In this document: positions 1-9,277 of the stretch, piece after piece | How positions within the stretch are numbered: position 1 is the stretch's first letter | Layout: each line of letters begins with the position of its first letter | Origin: an uncultured bacterium | GTDB taxonomy: Bacteria > Auribacterota > Erginobacteria > Erginobacterales > Erginobacteraceae | Direction: 5' to 3' | Length of the DNA: 28,947 nucleotides | Assembly: GCA_964465735.1 (NCBI GenBank) | Contig: CAYXKT010000018.1 | Coordinates: forward strand, 1-28,947 | Position numbers and translations under genes: made by a program | Notes under the pieces: model-generated | Database searches by the model: none | Seen by the model: the letters and a program-made list of their open reading frames with translations, nothing else | Told to the model about the DNA's origin: nothing

Positions 1-54
1 CGTTCGGACGCAAAAGATTGGTGCAGTTCGCCGCATAGAATCGCTCAATTTAGG
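1..54 (-). mobile_element. Partial copy A of the 161-bp MITE-like element, truncated by the window start
   Basis: Matches the terminal 54 bp of the complete copies, ending ...AATCGCTCAATTTAGG, followed by TGTAA. Confidence 0.9.
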
Positions 55-135
55 TGTAATGAAGGAGGCGAGACGGGGCGATCCGCAGGACCGTCTGGCC
101 GCAGACCGAACCCAGTCCCGAAAACGGAGGTTATT

Positions 136-501
136 ATGATCCAGATCAAACGTGCGTACGATCCGCCCGCCAGGACGGATGGTACCCGTATCCTGGTGGA
201 GCGGCTCTGGCCGCGCGGGATCAAGAAAGAGGCCTTGAAACTCGATGACTGGTTGAAAGATACCGCGCCCAGCACGGAACTGCGGAAATGGTTCAGTCAC
301 GATCCGGCCAAGTGGACCGAGTTTCAGCGGCGCTACCGGGCTGAACTCGACCGGCATCCCGAGGCGTGGCAGCCGATCCTCGACGCGGCGAAAAAAGGCC
401 GGGTGACGCTGATTTTCAGTTCCCACGACGCTGAACACAACAATGTGGTGGCGTTAAAGGCGTACCTGAAAGGACGGTTAAAGGAGGGGGAAAAGCGCTG
501 A
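136..501 (+). CDS. DUF488 family protein (YeaO-like)
   Basis: GGAGG RBS at 126-130. MIQIKRAYDPPARTDGTRILVERLWPRG is typical of DUF488. Confidence 0.93.
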   Translation: MIQIKRAYDPPARTDGTRILVERLWPRGIKKEALKLDDWLKDTAPSTELRKWFSHDPAKWTEFQRRYRAELDRHPEAWQPILDAAKKGRVTLIFSSHDAEHNNVVALKAYLKGRLKEGEKR

Positions 502-508
502 TCCCCTT

Positions 509-649
509 TCAACCAAAGACCACCGCCGCAGAATAGAGATATGCCACCGAGACCGCCAGGCCGATCAGGGTCGTCATCCCCGGAGATTTCTTCTTCAGTT
601 GGGAGTGAAGTCCGGATAAAAACGCCCGCCCTCCGTAGAAATAATAAAA
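509..649 (-). pseudogene. Remnant of a heavy-metal (copper-type) P-type ATPase, N-terminal transmembrane region only
   Basis: FYGGRAFLSGLHSQLKKKSPGMTTLIGLAVSVAYLYSAAVVFG resembles the CopA/CopB segment 'GGRPFxxGAxxxLxxxxPxMxTLIxLxxSVAYxYS'. It has no catalytic domains and stops abruptly against the DUF488 gene. Confidence 0.72.
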
Positions 650-686
650 GTCGCGAGCGCGAGATCTTTTTTCTCCCCGTCTGGGC

Positions 687-2066
687 CTAACTTTCCTCGC
701 CCTTCCGGATCGGGCAGCCGATCTCGGAGCAGGCTTGCATCGATCCCAGGCAGGACTCGACCCGGTCAAATCCGTTTATCTTCAGCAGGGAAGCGGCGAT
801 GATCGCCCGCCGCCCATTGCCGCAGAAAGTAATCAGAGGCCGTTCTTTAGGGATCTTTTTTAAGTGTTGGGGCAGCTCACCTAAGTAGATCGAAATTGCT
901 CCCGGCAGATGGCCGGAGAGGAACTCCTCCCGGGATCGGACATCGAGCAGGGTGAAGCTGTCTTTCCGGGTGATCTTCTCGACGATCTCGGCGGCGTGAA
1001 CTGTCGGGATCCGGTCGTATCTCCGCCCGCTGGACTCCCAGTAAAGGAGGCCGGGGGCGAGAAAGAACGGGATGTCTTCATACCCCATTCGGAAGAGGTG
1101 GCGTCCGGCGATCCGGGCTGCCCGCCCCTCCTCGGCCACCAGACCGATCGGGCGGTCGTAGGAAAGAAACCAGCCGGCGAACTGGGCGATCATCTCCAGG
1201 GGGATGGCCAGGCTGCCGGGGATGAAGGCCCCGGAGATCGCTTCCGGACTTCGCAGATCGACGATCACCATCCCCCGGGCCGCCTCGGCGGCGAATTCCT
1301 CGGCCCCGGCCGCTGCCGGTCGGACCGGCCACCACGGCGCGGCGGTTCCTTCCAGGTTGAGAAGTTCCATCCGCTGAAAGTACGGGGGGTGGTAATGAAA
1401 TTCGTTGGCCTTGCGGGCGATAAACTCGTCTCGTCCCTTAACTTGCAGGCTCGGATTATAAAGCCGTTCCAGGCCGATGGTGGAGAACTCCCGGGGTGAA
1501 AGGGAGGCGCCGCAGGCCGAACCGGCGCTGTGGGCGGGATAAATAATGGTGGAGTCGCCCAGGGGCAGGAGCTGATTAAAGATACTCTCGTAGAGCAGCC
1601 CGGCGAGTTCCTCGCGCCGGTGAGGCAGTAAATCGGTCCGACCGGTCGCCCCGACAAAGAGGGTGTCGCCGGTAAAGACCGCCACCGGGGAAGCGCCCGC
1701 CCCCCGTTCATAGAGGACGATTGAGATCGATTCGTCGGTATGGCCCGGGGTCTCTAAAATCTTCAGGGTGAGATCGCCGAACGAGAACTCATCCTCTTCG
1801 GTGACCGCCTCGCCATAGGCAAACGGGAGGGCCGCTCCGTGCCGGATCGGCGCCCCGGTTTGTCCGGCCAGTTCGACCGCTCCGCTGACGTAATCTTCGT
1901 TACGGTGAGTCTCGAAAATCTCGGTGATCCGGCAACTCTCCCGTTCGGCGATTGACCGGTAGATGGAGCAGTCCCTCCTGGGATCGATCACCGCCGCCTT
2001 CCCCTCGTCGCCAAAGATATAGGAGAGATGGGCCAGGCCTTCGGTCCGGATTTTTTCCAGAAACAT
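687..2066 (-). CDS. MBL-fold hydrolase with C-terminal rhodanese domains (persulfide dioxygenase/sulfurtransferase-like)
   Basis: N-terminal metallo-beta-lactamase fold with THRNEDYVSG and TPGHTDESISI. Rhodanese segments include ITFCGNGRRA. Start reassigned to MFLEKIRTEG; the ORF opens to 2099. Confidence 0.88.
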   Translation of the reverse strand: MFLEKIRTEGLAHLSYIFGDEGKAAVIDPRRDCSIYRSIAERESCRITEIFETHRNEDYVSGAVELAGQTGAPIRHGAALPFAYGEAVTEEDEFSFGDLTLKILETPGHTDESISIVLYERGAGASPVAVFTGDTLFVGATGRTDLLPHRREELAGLLYESIFNQLLPLGDSTIIYPAHSAGSACGASLSPREFSTIGLERLYNPSLQVKGRDEFIARKANEFHYHPPYFQRMELLNLEGTAAPWWPVRPAAAGAEEFAAEAARGMVIVDLRSPEAISGAFIPGSLAIPLEMIAQFAGWFLSYDRPIGLVAEEGRAARIAGRHLFRMGYEDIPFFLAPGLLYWESSGRRYDRIPTVHAAEIVEKITRKDSFTLLDVRSREEFLSGHLPGAISIYLGELPQHLKKIPKERPLITFCGNGRRAIIAASLLKINGFDRVESCLGSMQACSEIGCPIRKGEES

Positions 2067-2213
2067 CAGCTGCCTCCTGGTTCCCGGGCTTTCCCGCACC
2101 GGGAATGTTTATCGGTTAGCAACACTTTAGCCTTCTAAAAACGTTATTGATTGTCATCGCGATCCGGATTTTCTATCCGGTTTCTCGCGGATCCGGCTGC
2201 GGACGAATGCCTT

Positions 2214-2254
2214 GTCTCATAGTAGATGAGACTGGCATCTGATATAATGTGTAA
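2214..2254 (+). promoter_or_regulatory. 19-bp palindrome plus extended -10 promoter module, copy 1
   Basis: GTCTCAT-AGTAG-ATGAGAC, then 10 nt, then TATAAT as TGATATAAT. 39/41 identical to 5502-5542 on the minus strand. Confidence 0.6.
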
Positions 2255-2400
2255 ATCGCGCTACTGAAATTACGCTGGCTCCCAAGGGAAATACTGTCTC
2301 GGATTATGATCTGGCCCTCCTTTGTCGGCGCTCATTTTTTTTGCACCAGGTCAAAACCGAATCTCCAATTGAGATTGTCCTTGAGTTGAATATATTGATA

Positions 2401-2561
2401 CCTAAATTGAGCGATTCTATGCGGCGAACTGCACCAATCTTTTGCGTCCGAACGGATATTGAAAATCCTCGCCATATCTCCTGGATATGGCTGCGGTTTT
2501 CGCAACCCGTCGGCCGGCAAAATCTTAGCACATTTCATCCGCGATAATCGCTCAACTTAGG
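2401..2561 (+). mobile_element. 161-bp MITE-like element, copy B
   Basis: CCTAAATTGAGCGATT...AATCGCTCAACTTAGG, flanked by TGATA (2396-2400) and TGATA (2562-2566). Confidence 0.93.
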
Positions 2562-2648
2562 TGATATACTTTTTTAGTGAGTCTCATTGAAGCTGAAACG
2601 CCAGTCTCATTGAAGATGAAACGCGACCGACGAAAAACGGAAGACGGA

Positions 2649-3515
2649 TCAGATCCGTAAGCCGGCAAAGAGCTGGACCAGACGATCCCGATCGAACTTC
2701 CTTTGGTAGAGCGGTTTGCCTTCCGCGGGGAGATCTTCACCGAGAGTCTTTTCAAACGTGGTTTTCTCCGGGCCGCGGTAGAGGATGCCCAGGGGATATT
2801 TCTCAGTTTCGATCGCCCGGGCAAAGGCCGCCCTCCGGTCCGAAGGGTTGTGATCATCCTCCAGGTAATAGCTGTTCTCCTGGAACCAGTCATAGGTATT
2901 TACCCGGTTGAAGGTTACGCAGGGTTGGAAGATATCCACCAGGGCGAAACCCCGATGCCGGATGGCCTGCTTCAGGATCTCTCCAGTCTGGGCGAAATTT
3001 TTGATATAGGCTCGAGCGACAAAGGAAGCGTTGAGGGCGATCGCCACTGCCAGGGGGTTGAAGGGCTCCTGGGTTACTCCGTCGGTGTCGATCGGGGTGC
3101 GGAATCCGGGGAGACTGGTCGGTGAGGCCTGACCCTTGGTCAGACCGTAGATCATATTGTTGTGGACAATGCAGGTGATATCCGGATTTCTCCGGATACT
3201 ATGAATGAAATGATTTCCTCCCTCCCCGTACATACAGCCGTCGCCGCTTTCGGCGATCACGGTCAGTTCCGGGTTGGCCGCCTTGATCGCGGTGGCCGCC
3301 GGGAGCGCGCGGCCGTGGAGGCCGTTGAAAAAATTGGTTTTCAGGTACTGAGGGGTCTTGGCCGCCTGTCCGATCCCGGAGACCATCACCAGTTTTTCCG
3401 GGACGATCTCCAGTTCGGCCAGCGATTTTTTTAAGATATTCAGAATCCCGAAATTCCCGCAGCCGGGGCACCAGGCGATCTCGGCGTTTTCCAAATTGAA
3501 GGGGTTTTTATTCAT
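2649..3515 (-). CDS. 2-oxoacid:ferredoxin oxidoreductase, beta (TPP-binding) subunit
   Basis: [45 protein letters not shown]. Start overlaps the end of the alpha/gamma gene. Confidence 0.95.
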   Translation of the reverse strand: MNKNPFNLENAEIAWCPGCGNFGILNILKKSLAELEIVPEKLVMVSGIGQAAKTPQYLKTNFFNGLHGRALPAATAIKAANPELTVIAESGDGCMYGEGGNHFIHSIRRNPDITCIVHNNMIYGLTKGQASPTSLPGFRTPIDTDGVTQEPFNPLAVAIALNASFVARAYIKNFAQTGEILKQAIRHRGFALVDIFQPCVTFNRVNTYDWFQENSYYLEDDHNPSDRRAAFARAIETEKYPLGILYRGPEKTTFEKTLGEDLPAEGKPLYQRKFDRDRLVQLFAGLRI

Positions 3516-5217
3516 TGTCGGCCTCCTGATTTAAAGCTTGGCTGATCTCTTCCCGGCTGAAGGGAAGTCCGTCATATTTGTTGACTCCGGTCAGGTTCTC
3601 CGGACCGAAGGTCATCTTCAGCAGCCGGGCGAACTGGCCGGAGAGGTTATTTTCGATGACGATGATCCTTTCCGCCCGCTGGAGATATTCCGCGGTCTTC
3701 GGATGGAGGGGATAAACCTGGCGGAAGTGGAGTCCGCCGATCCCTTTTTCACTTCTCTTCTCCAGGCACTCCCGGATGACGGGATAAGTGGAGCCCCAGC
3801 CGATGACCAGGGTTCGATAGTCCCGGTCCCCGAAAAATTTCGGCTCCAGCGCCTCTCGTGTCAGGAGGGCGAGTTTTTCCTGCCGCTTGTCGGCCATCTC
3901 TACCCGGCAGGAGAAACTCTCGGTGATCCGTCCGGACCGATCGTGTTCGTCGCTGTCCACCGCCACTGTCCCCCGGCCCCAGCCGGGGATGCCCCGGGGG
4001 GAAACCCCGTCTTCGCCGGGTTCGTAGCGCCGGTAGTCCGGGCCTGTCTCGACAATCCGGTTCCCCGGATCTTCCTCGGGGATCTCGGGCTGGGGGAGAT
4101 TGTAAGCGGAGTCGAGCAGGTACTGATCGGTGAGGACGATTACCGGGACCTGGCAGCGATCAGCGAGGAGAAAAGCTTGGCGGGTGAGAAAGAAGCATTC
4201 CTCGATTGTCCCCGGGGCGAAGATCGCCCGGGGAAATTCGCCGTGTCCGGCGAAGAGGGAGTGGAGCAGATCGCCTTGTTCGGTCCGGGTGGGCAGCCCG
4301 GTGGCCGGTCCGGGGCGCTGTCCGAGGTGGATGACCAGCGGTGTCTCGATCATCCCGGCCAGGCTCAACCCCTCGTTCATCAGGGCGAAGCCGCCGCCCG
4401 AGGTGGTTACCAACCCCCTCCCTCCGGCGTACCAGGCGCCCAGGGCCATATTGACCGCCGAGATCTCGTCCTCGGCCTGGATCACCTCGATATTGAAGTC
4501 AGATGACTTACCGGCCAGAAAGACCCCGACCCCGGTGGCCGGGGACATCGGGTAGAAGGAGAGGAAGTTGCAGCCCCCGGCGATCGCCCCCAGGGCCACA
4601 CCCTGGGTGCCGTTTAAAAAGACTTCACCCGCTTTATCCCCGGGGCTTATCTGCGGGAAGGTCAACCCCTTCTCCCGGGCGATCTCCCGACCTCTTTGCC
4701 GGCCGCGCCGGAAAGCCCGGAGGTTGTTCTCCTGGATCTCTGTGCCGAAACGGGAAAAATAGCTCTCGACGATCGTCTCCGCCGCCGCCTCTTCCAGGCC
4801 CAGAACCCCGGCAATCGCCCCGACCGAGACGGTATTGGCGTAAACCGCGCCGCCCAGTTCTTCGGCGATCTTCTGCCAGGAGACCGAGGCGAAGTTCTCC
4901 CGTTCCCGGTCCTCGTCGCGGACTGTCTTTTCATCGCTGAGGATCAGGGTTTCGGCTTCTACCCGGTCGCCGATATGGGCCACTCCGCCGGCGTGAAGTG
5001 AGACCAGGATATCCACCCGACGGCTGAAGCTTCTCACCCGCGAGGAGGAGATCCGGATCGCGGTCGAGTTCATCCCGCCCCGGATCCGGGACATTAATTC
5101 CTGGGTGGTGAAGACATTGTACCCGCCACCGGTAAATATCCGGGCCAGAACCCCCTCCAGGGTATTAATCCCCTGGCCGGCTTGACCGCAGATCACTATT
5201 GTCACATCTTCATTCAT
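3508..5217 (-). CDS. 2-oxoacid:ferredoxin oxidoreductase, gamma-alpha fusion subunit
   Basis: N-terminal gamma domain [27 protein letters not shown], then alpha domain GNEAxALGA-like region, [13 protein letters not shown] and [23 protein letters not shown]. Start set at ATG 5217 behind GGAGGG. Confidence 0.94.
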   Translation of the reverse strand: MNEDVTIVICGQAGQGINTLEGVLARIFTGGGYNVFTTQELMSRIRGGMNSTAIRISSSRVRSFSRRVDILVSLHAGGVAHIGDRVEAETLILSDEKTVRDEDRERENFASVSWQKIAEELGGAVYANTVSVGAIAGVLGLEEAAAETIVESYFSRFGTEIQENNLRAFRRGRQRGREIAREKGLTFPQISPGDKAGEVFLNGTQGVALGAIAGGCNFLSFYPMSPATGVGVFLAGKSSDFNIEVIQAEDEISAVNMALGAWYAGGRGLVTTSGGGFALMNEGLSLAGMIETPLVIHLGQRPGPATGLPTRTEQGDLLHSLFAGHGEFPRAIFAPGTIEECFFLTRQAFLLADRCQVPVIVLTDQYLLDSAYNLPQPEIPEEDPGNRIVETGPDYRRYEPGEDGVSPRGIPGWGRGTVAVDSDEHDRSGRITESFSCRVEMADKRQEKLALLTREALEPKFFGDRDYRTLVIGWGSTYPVIRECLEKRSEKGIGGLHFRQVYPLHPKTAEYLQRAERIIVIENNLSGQFARLLKMTFGPENLTGVNKYDGLPFSREEISQALNQEADNE

Positions 5218-5243
5218 AATTGTCCCTCCGATCGGAAAAGTGA

Positions 5244-5340
5244 GTTCTGTCAAAAATGATAACCACCGAGAATACAGAGCGTATTACAATAAAAGGGCTT
5301 AAATAAAATGACTCTTTCTCCCCCTCAATGTTCTCTTAAA
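5244..5340 (-). promoter_or_regulatory. 97-bp conserved leader, copy K (oxidoreductase operon)
   Basis: 85/97 identical to the flavodiiron leader after its MITE is removed. Ends TTTTTGACAGAAC, 26 nt from the ATG. Confidence 0.75.
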
Positions 5341-5501
5341 CCTAAATTGAGCGATTCTATGCGGCGAACTGCACCAATCTTTTGCGTCCGAACGGATATT
5401 GAAAATCCTCGCCATATCTCCTGGATATGGCTGCGGTTTTCGCAACCCGTCGGCCGGCAAAATCTTAGCACATTTCATCCGCAATAATCGCTCAACTTAG
5501 G
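5341..5501 (+). mobile_element. 161-bp MITE-like element, copy C
   Basis: Same termini. Flanks TTAAA (5336-5340) and TTACA (5502-5506), 4/5 match. Lies between promoter module and leader. Confidence 0.9.
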
Positions 5502-5542
5502 TTACACATTATATCAGATGCCGGTCTCATCGACTATGAGAC
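5502..5542 (-). promoter_or_regulatory. 19-bp palindrome plus extended -10 promoter module, copy 2 (oxidoreductase promoter candidate)
   Basis: Minus strand: GTCTCATAGTCGATGAGACCGGCATCTGATATAATGTGTAA. Confidence 0.62.
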
Positions 5543-5654
5543 GCGACACCTGGCGATGACCTGATCTTCGCGGTTTATCGATCAGACACTATTTAAGCGG
5601 ATGGCACGAGAAATTCCAACCGGCTGACTCCCCCTTTTTCTGACTTTATTCCAC

Positions 5655-5683
5655 TTGCGGTTTCTCCCCAATCCATCTATACT
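5655..5683 (+). promoter_or_regulatory. Candidate sigma70-like promoter for the response regulator operon
   Basis: TTGCGG (5655-5660), 17-bp spacer, TATACT (5678-5683). Confidence 0.45.
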
Positions 5684-5773
5684 GATTGATACAGTCATCT
5701 TAACTGTCTTTCGTTATCAAGTCCCGGGGTTTCGGTCTTTAACCCGGGTGAATATAATCCGGGAGCGATCGAG

Positions 5774-6499
5774 ATGCCCTACAATATTCTGCTGGTCGAT
5801 GACGACTCCGATTTTCGTGAAGAGTTCAAGGATTACTTCCGGGGTTATCGGGTTATCGGGGTGGGCCGGGGCGATCAGGCCTTACTCGAGCTGGAGAAGC
5901 CCAATGAGATTGACCTGGTAGTCCTCGATGTCCGGCTGCCGGAATCCTCGGGGACCGAGATCCTCCAGCGGATCAAGCGATCCTGGCCGGATCTGGGAGT
6001 GATCATCCTCACCGGATTCGGATCGAAGAGTGTGGTGATCAACGCTCTGCAGGGGGAAGCCGACGGGTATCTGGAGAAACCGCTGGATATCGAGAAGACC
6101 GAGGCGGCGATTGAGAAGGTCCTCCGGCGGTCCCGCTGGCCGGCGGGGATTGAGGCGGAGGATATCGAAGGGAAGATGGAACGGGTCAAAGTCTTTCTGC
6201 GCAGGAACGTCCACAAAAAGGTTACCCTCCAGGCGGCGGCCGCGGTAGTGGCTCTCAGCCCGAAGTACTTGAGCCGGATCTTTCGGGAAGTTACCGGCAG
6301 GAAGTTCAACCGGTACAAGCTGGAGCTGAAGATCGAGCAGGCGAAGGAATGGCTGGCCGAAACCGGGCACAGCGTGGATATGATCGCCTACTCCCTCGGC
6401 TACCTCAACGCGGAGTCCTTTATCCGGATCTTCAAGAAATTCACCGGGCAGACCCCCACCGCTTACCGGAAATCCGTCTCCCGGCGGAGGTCCAAGTGA
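5774..6499 (+). CDS. Response regulator with C-terminal AraC-type HTH
   Basis: Receiver ILLVDDDSDF, phosphoacceptor VVLDVRLPE, conserved K in LEKPLD. AraC tail SPKYLSRIFREVTGRKFNRYKLELKIEQAK...IAYSLGYLNAESFIRIFKKFTGQTPTAYRK. Confidence 0.94.
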   Translation: MPYNILLVDDDSDFREEFKDYFRGYRVIGVGRGDQALLELEKPNEIDLVVLDVRLPESSGTEILQRIKRSWPDLGVIILTGFGSKSVVINALQGEADGYLEKPLDIEKTEAAIEKVLRRSRWPAGIEAEDIEGKMERVKVFLRRNVHKKVTLQAAAAVVALSPKYLSRIFREVTGRKFNRYKLELKIEQAKEWLAETGHSVDMIAYSLGYLNAESFIRIFKKFTGQTPTAYRKSVSRRRSK

Positions 6500-8109
6500 G
6501 CGGACAGAGATCTTCCGACCAGCCGGACTCCGCTGATCTTCCCCGGAGGAAGGTCGCGGGACCGGGGCGGCGCGACGGCCACCGGCTGGCCGGGACTCCG
6601 GTGGCGAATCCGGCCAGTCAGGACAAAGAACTCGAACGTTTGAGGCGGGTTCTCGACTCGATGGTGGACCTGGTCTATGTGACCGACTCCAGCTGCCGGA
6701 TTGAATATATCAATCCGGCGATGCGCCGGGCCTTTGGTCCGATCCGGGGGAGAAAATGCTTTGCCTATTTACATCACCGGGACCAGCCTTGTCCCTGGTG
6801 TCGGCGGGACGAGGTCTTGCGGGGAGAGGTGATCCGCTCAGAGTGGTCTCCCCCCGCTACCGGGCGGACATACGATATCATCGAAACGGCGATCCCCAAA
6901 CCCGACGGCACCGCCTCCAAGCTGAAGATGATGCGGGATATTACCGAAAGCCGGCGCCTGAAAGATGACCTGGAACGGTTCAACGATAAACTCGAGAAGG
7001 TTGTCGTTCGTCGGACAGTGGAGCTTTCCGAGGCCAGCGAACTTCTGGAACGGTTTTTTTCCAGTATCCATTTTCTCCTCGCCTATCTGGACGCTGACTT
7101 CAACTTCCTCCGTGTCAACCCGGCTTATGCCGCGGCCTCTCGCCGTACCCCGGAATACTTTGTCGGCAAGAACCACTTCCGATTATTCCCTGACCGGGAG
7201 AACCGGGAGATCTTCGAGGAGGTGGTCCGGACCGGCCGGCCCTTTGTCGCTACTGCCCGTCCTTTTGTTTATCCCGATCATCCGGAGTGGGGTGTCACCT
7301 ATTGGGACTGGTCGCTCCGGTCGGTAAAAGAAAAATCCGGCCGGGTCGAGGCCCTGCTCCTGGTTTTATTTGACGCCACCGAACGCCGGCGGAGTGAGGA
7401 GAAAGCCGCTCGGGCCGAGAGAAAGATGGCTGATATGTCCCGGCTGGCCGAACTTGGTACCCTGTCCGCGATGGTAGCTCACGAGGTGCGCACCCCTTTA
7501 GCCGCCATCCAGATGGCCGCCCATAACCTTAGACTGAAGACCGCCGATCCCGCTCTTCTCAAGCACGTCGATTCCATCGATCGCAAGGTGGAGTTTGGCG
7601 GTCAGGTGATCGCCAACCTTCTGGAATATTCCCGGATTCAGCTTCCCGGGTATCAGCGGATCAACATCCTGCCGGTAGTACGCGACTGTATTGCCGCCTC
7701 GATCCGCCTCCATCGCCCGAAGTCAGTTTCCCTCGCCCTCGATCTCCAGGAATTGAGTAGGGTCAAAATCGATGCCGACCCCGCCCAGCTCCGCCAGATC
7801 TTCAATAACATTATGAATAACGCGATCGAGGCCGGCAGGGAAAACGACTGTCAGGTTAGAGTCCAGGCTCGGATAACCCAGGATCAGTCTGTCATCTTCC
7901 GGTTTTGGAACAACGGTCCACCGATCCCCGAGGAGAACCGGGAGTCGGTTTTTATCCCCTTCTACAGTGCCAAGCCGGATGGGATCGGGCTCGGTCTGCC
8001 GATCTGCCGGGAACTGGTCCGTCTCCACGAGGGGACAATCGAGATCCGGAGCGGACCGGGCCCGGGGACCGAGGTCATCATCCGACTCCCCCTGACCGCC
8101 CAGAAATGA
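6496..8109 (+). CDS. PAS-domain sensor histidine kinase
   Basis: GTG start overlaps the upstream stop (GTGA). Two PAS-like segments. H-box MVAHEVRTPLAAIQMA, N-box IFNNIMNNAIEAG, G2 box PDGIGLGLPICRELV. Confidence 0.93.
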   Translation: MSGQRSSDQPDSADLPRRKVAGPGRRDGHRLAGTPVANPASQDKELERLRRVLDSMVDLVYVTDSSCRIEYINPAMRRAFGPIRGRKCFAYLHHRDQPCPWCRRDEVLRGEVIRSEWSPPATGRTYDIIETAIPKPDGTASKLKMMRDITESRRLKDDLERFNDKLEKVVVRRTVELSEASELLERFFSSIHFLLAYLDADFNFLRVNPAYAAASRRTPEYFVGKNHFRLFPDRENREIFEEVVRTGRPFVATARPFVYPDHPEWGVTYWDWSLRSVKEKSGRVEALLLVLFDATERRRSEEKAARAERKMADMSRLAELGTLSAMVAHEVRTPLAAIQMAAHNLRLKTADPALLKHVDSIDRKVEFGGQVIANLLEYSRIQLPGYQRINILPVVRDCIAASIRLHRPKSVSLALDLQELSRVKIDADPAQLRQIFNNIMNNAIEAGRENDCQVRVQARITQDQSVIFRFWNNGPPIPEENRESVFIPFYSAKPDGIGLGLPICRELVRLHEGTIEIRSGPGPGTEVIIRLPLTAQK

Positions 8110-8244
8110 TCCACTCCTCCCGGCTGTCCGGTTTTTGGGGGAAAGTGGACTTCCGGCGTGGAGAAAAGTCAAAAGAAAGCGGAAACCGGCGGTTGTTTCC
8201 GGCATCCGTCTAAGAGAGAATCATACAACCTTTGAAAAGCCCCG

Positions 8245-8631
8245 ATGCCCAAGCGCTATAAAATTCTTCTGCTCGATGACGACGCTGATCTGGTTGAAGA
8301 ACTCTCCGACGCCCTGACCGCGGCCGGCTACGAGGTCAGGTCCTTTACCGACGGAGAGACGGCCCTGGCTGCCGCCGACGATCTGAGACCGGATATCGCC
8401 TTGATTGACCTGAAGATGAAGGGGATCAGCGGGTTCCAGGTGTCCCGGGAACTGGGCCGGAGAAAATCGACCTCGGGAATTCCGATAGTGGCGATGACCG
8501 GATACTATACCGGCCGCGAGGACGAGAAAAAGATGAAGCAGAGCGGTATCCGGGCCTGTCTGTTCAAGCCCTTCTCTTTTGAGGTGGCGGCCCGGAAGTT
8601 GAAATGTCTGCTGAAAGGATCGGGAATTTAA
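8245..8631 (+). CDS. Single-domain (receiver-only) response regulator
   Basis: ILLLDDDADLVEEL, ALIDLKMKG, ACLFKPFSFE. No output domain. Confidence 0.92.
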   Translation: MPKRYKILLLDDDADLVEELSDALTAAGYEVRSFTDGETALAAADDLRPDIALIDLKMKGISGFQVSRELGRRKSTSGIPIVAMTGYYTGREDEKKMKQSGIRACLFKPFSFEVAARKLKCLLKGSGI

Positions 8632-8650
8632 TTGGGAGGTAAAAAGAGCG

Positions 8651-9085
8651 ATGAGACTGACCAGTCCTGTTTTTACTGAAGGCGGAGAGATCCCGCCTCG
8701 TTATACCTGTGATGGCGAAGATATCAGCCCCCGGTTGGAGATCGAGGGTATCCCCGAAGGGACCGAGGCCTTGGCCCTGATTATGGATGACCCCGATGCG
8801 CCCGGGAAGACCTTTGTCCACTGGGTGGCTTACGACATTGAACCGGTCGCCCGGTTCGAACAGGACGCGGACGTCGGCATTGGCGGCCTGAATCATTTCG
8901 GGACCAGGGTGTACGGGGGGCCCTGCCCCCCTTCGGGGAGCCACCGTTATATCTTCAAGCTTTACGCCCTGAACCGGAAACTTGGTCGCGAGGCGGGTAT
9001 GAACAAGGAAGAGCTATTAAAGGAGATCGAGGGCTCCATCCTGGCGGTGGCTGAATTAACCGGTCGCTATCGCCGGAATAAATAA
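8651..9085 (+). CDS. PEBP family / YbhB-YbcL-type Raf kinase inhibitor-like protein
   Basis: IPPRYTCDGEDISP, IMDDPDAPGKTFVHWVAYDI, YGGPCPPSGSHRYIFKLYAL. Confidence 0.95.
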   Translation: MRLTSPVFTEGGEIPPRYTCDGEDISPRLEIEGIPEGTEALALIMDDPDAPGKTFVHWVAYDIEPVARFEQDADVGIGGLNHFGTRVYGGPCPPSGSHRYIFKLYALNRKLGREAGMNKEELLKEIEGSILAVAELTGRYRRNK

Positions 9086-9277
9086 TCCGGAGGAGTAATT
9101 ATCCCGGAAGATAGGTTGATTTTCCGGGACAAGATGTCCGCGACCATAGACAGCTTAGAGCGTTCCAGCCGGTTGACGAAGCAGCGGTATCGTCTTCTCG
9201 GCGACTCGGGCGGTCCTGAAAAAAGAGCGGTTATCATTGCCTTCAACCTTCAGCCTGCAACCTAATAACCTGAGGAG

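Noticed and set aside
3538-4506. 322-aa plus-strand ORF
   Set aside because: Antisense to the ferredoxin oxidoreductase gamma-alpha subunit; no independent RBS or motifs.
5299-5484. Recurrent ORF MRMKCAKILPADGLRKPQPYPGDMARIFNIRSDAKDWCSSPHRIAQFR appearing at several loci
   Set aside because: It is the translation of the MITE in one frame. Its recurrence reflects repeat identity, and it reads through the terminal inverted repeat into unrelated flanking DNA each time.
6838-7176. Antisense ORF in the histidine kinase
   Set aside because: Lies completely inside a well-supported kinase CDS; no features of its own.
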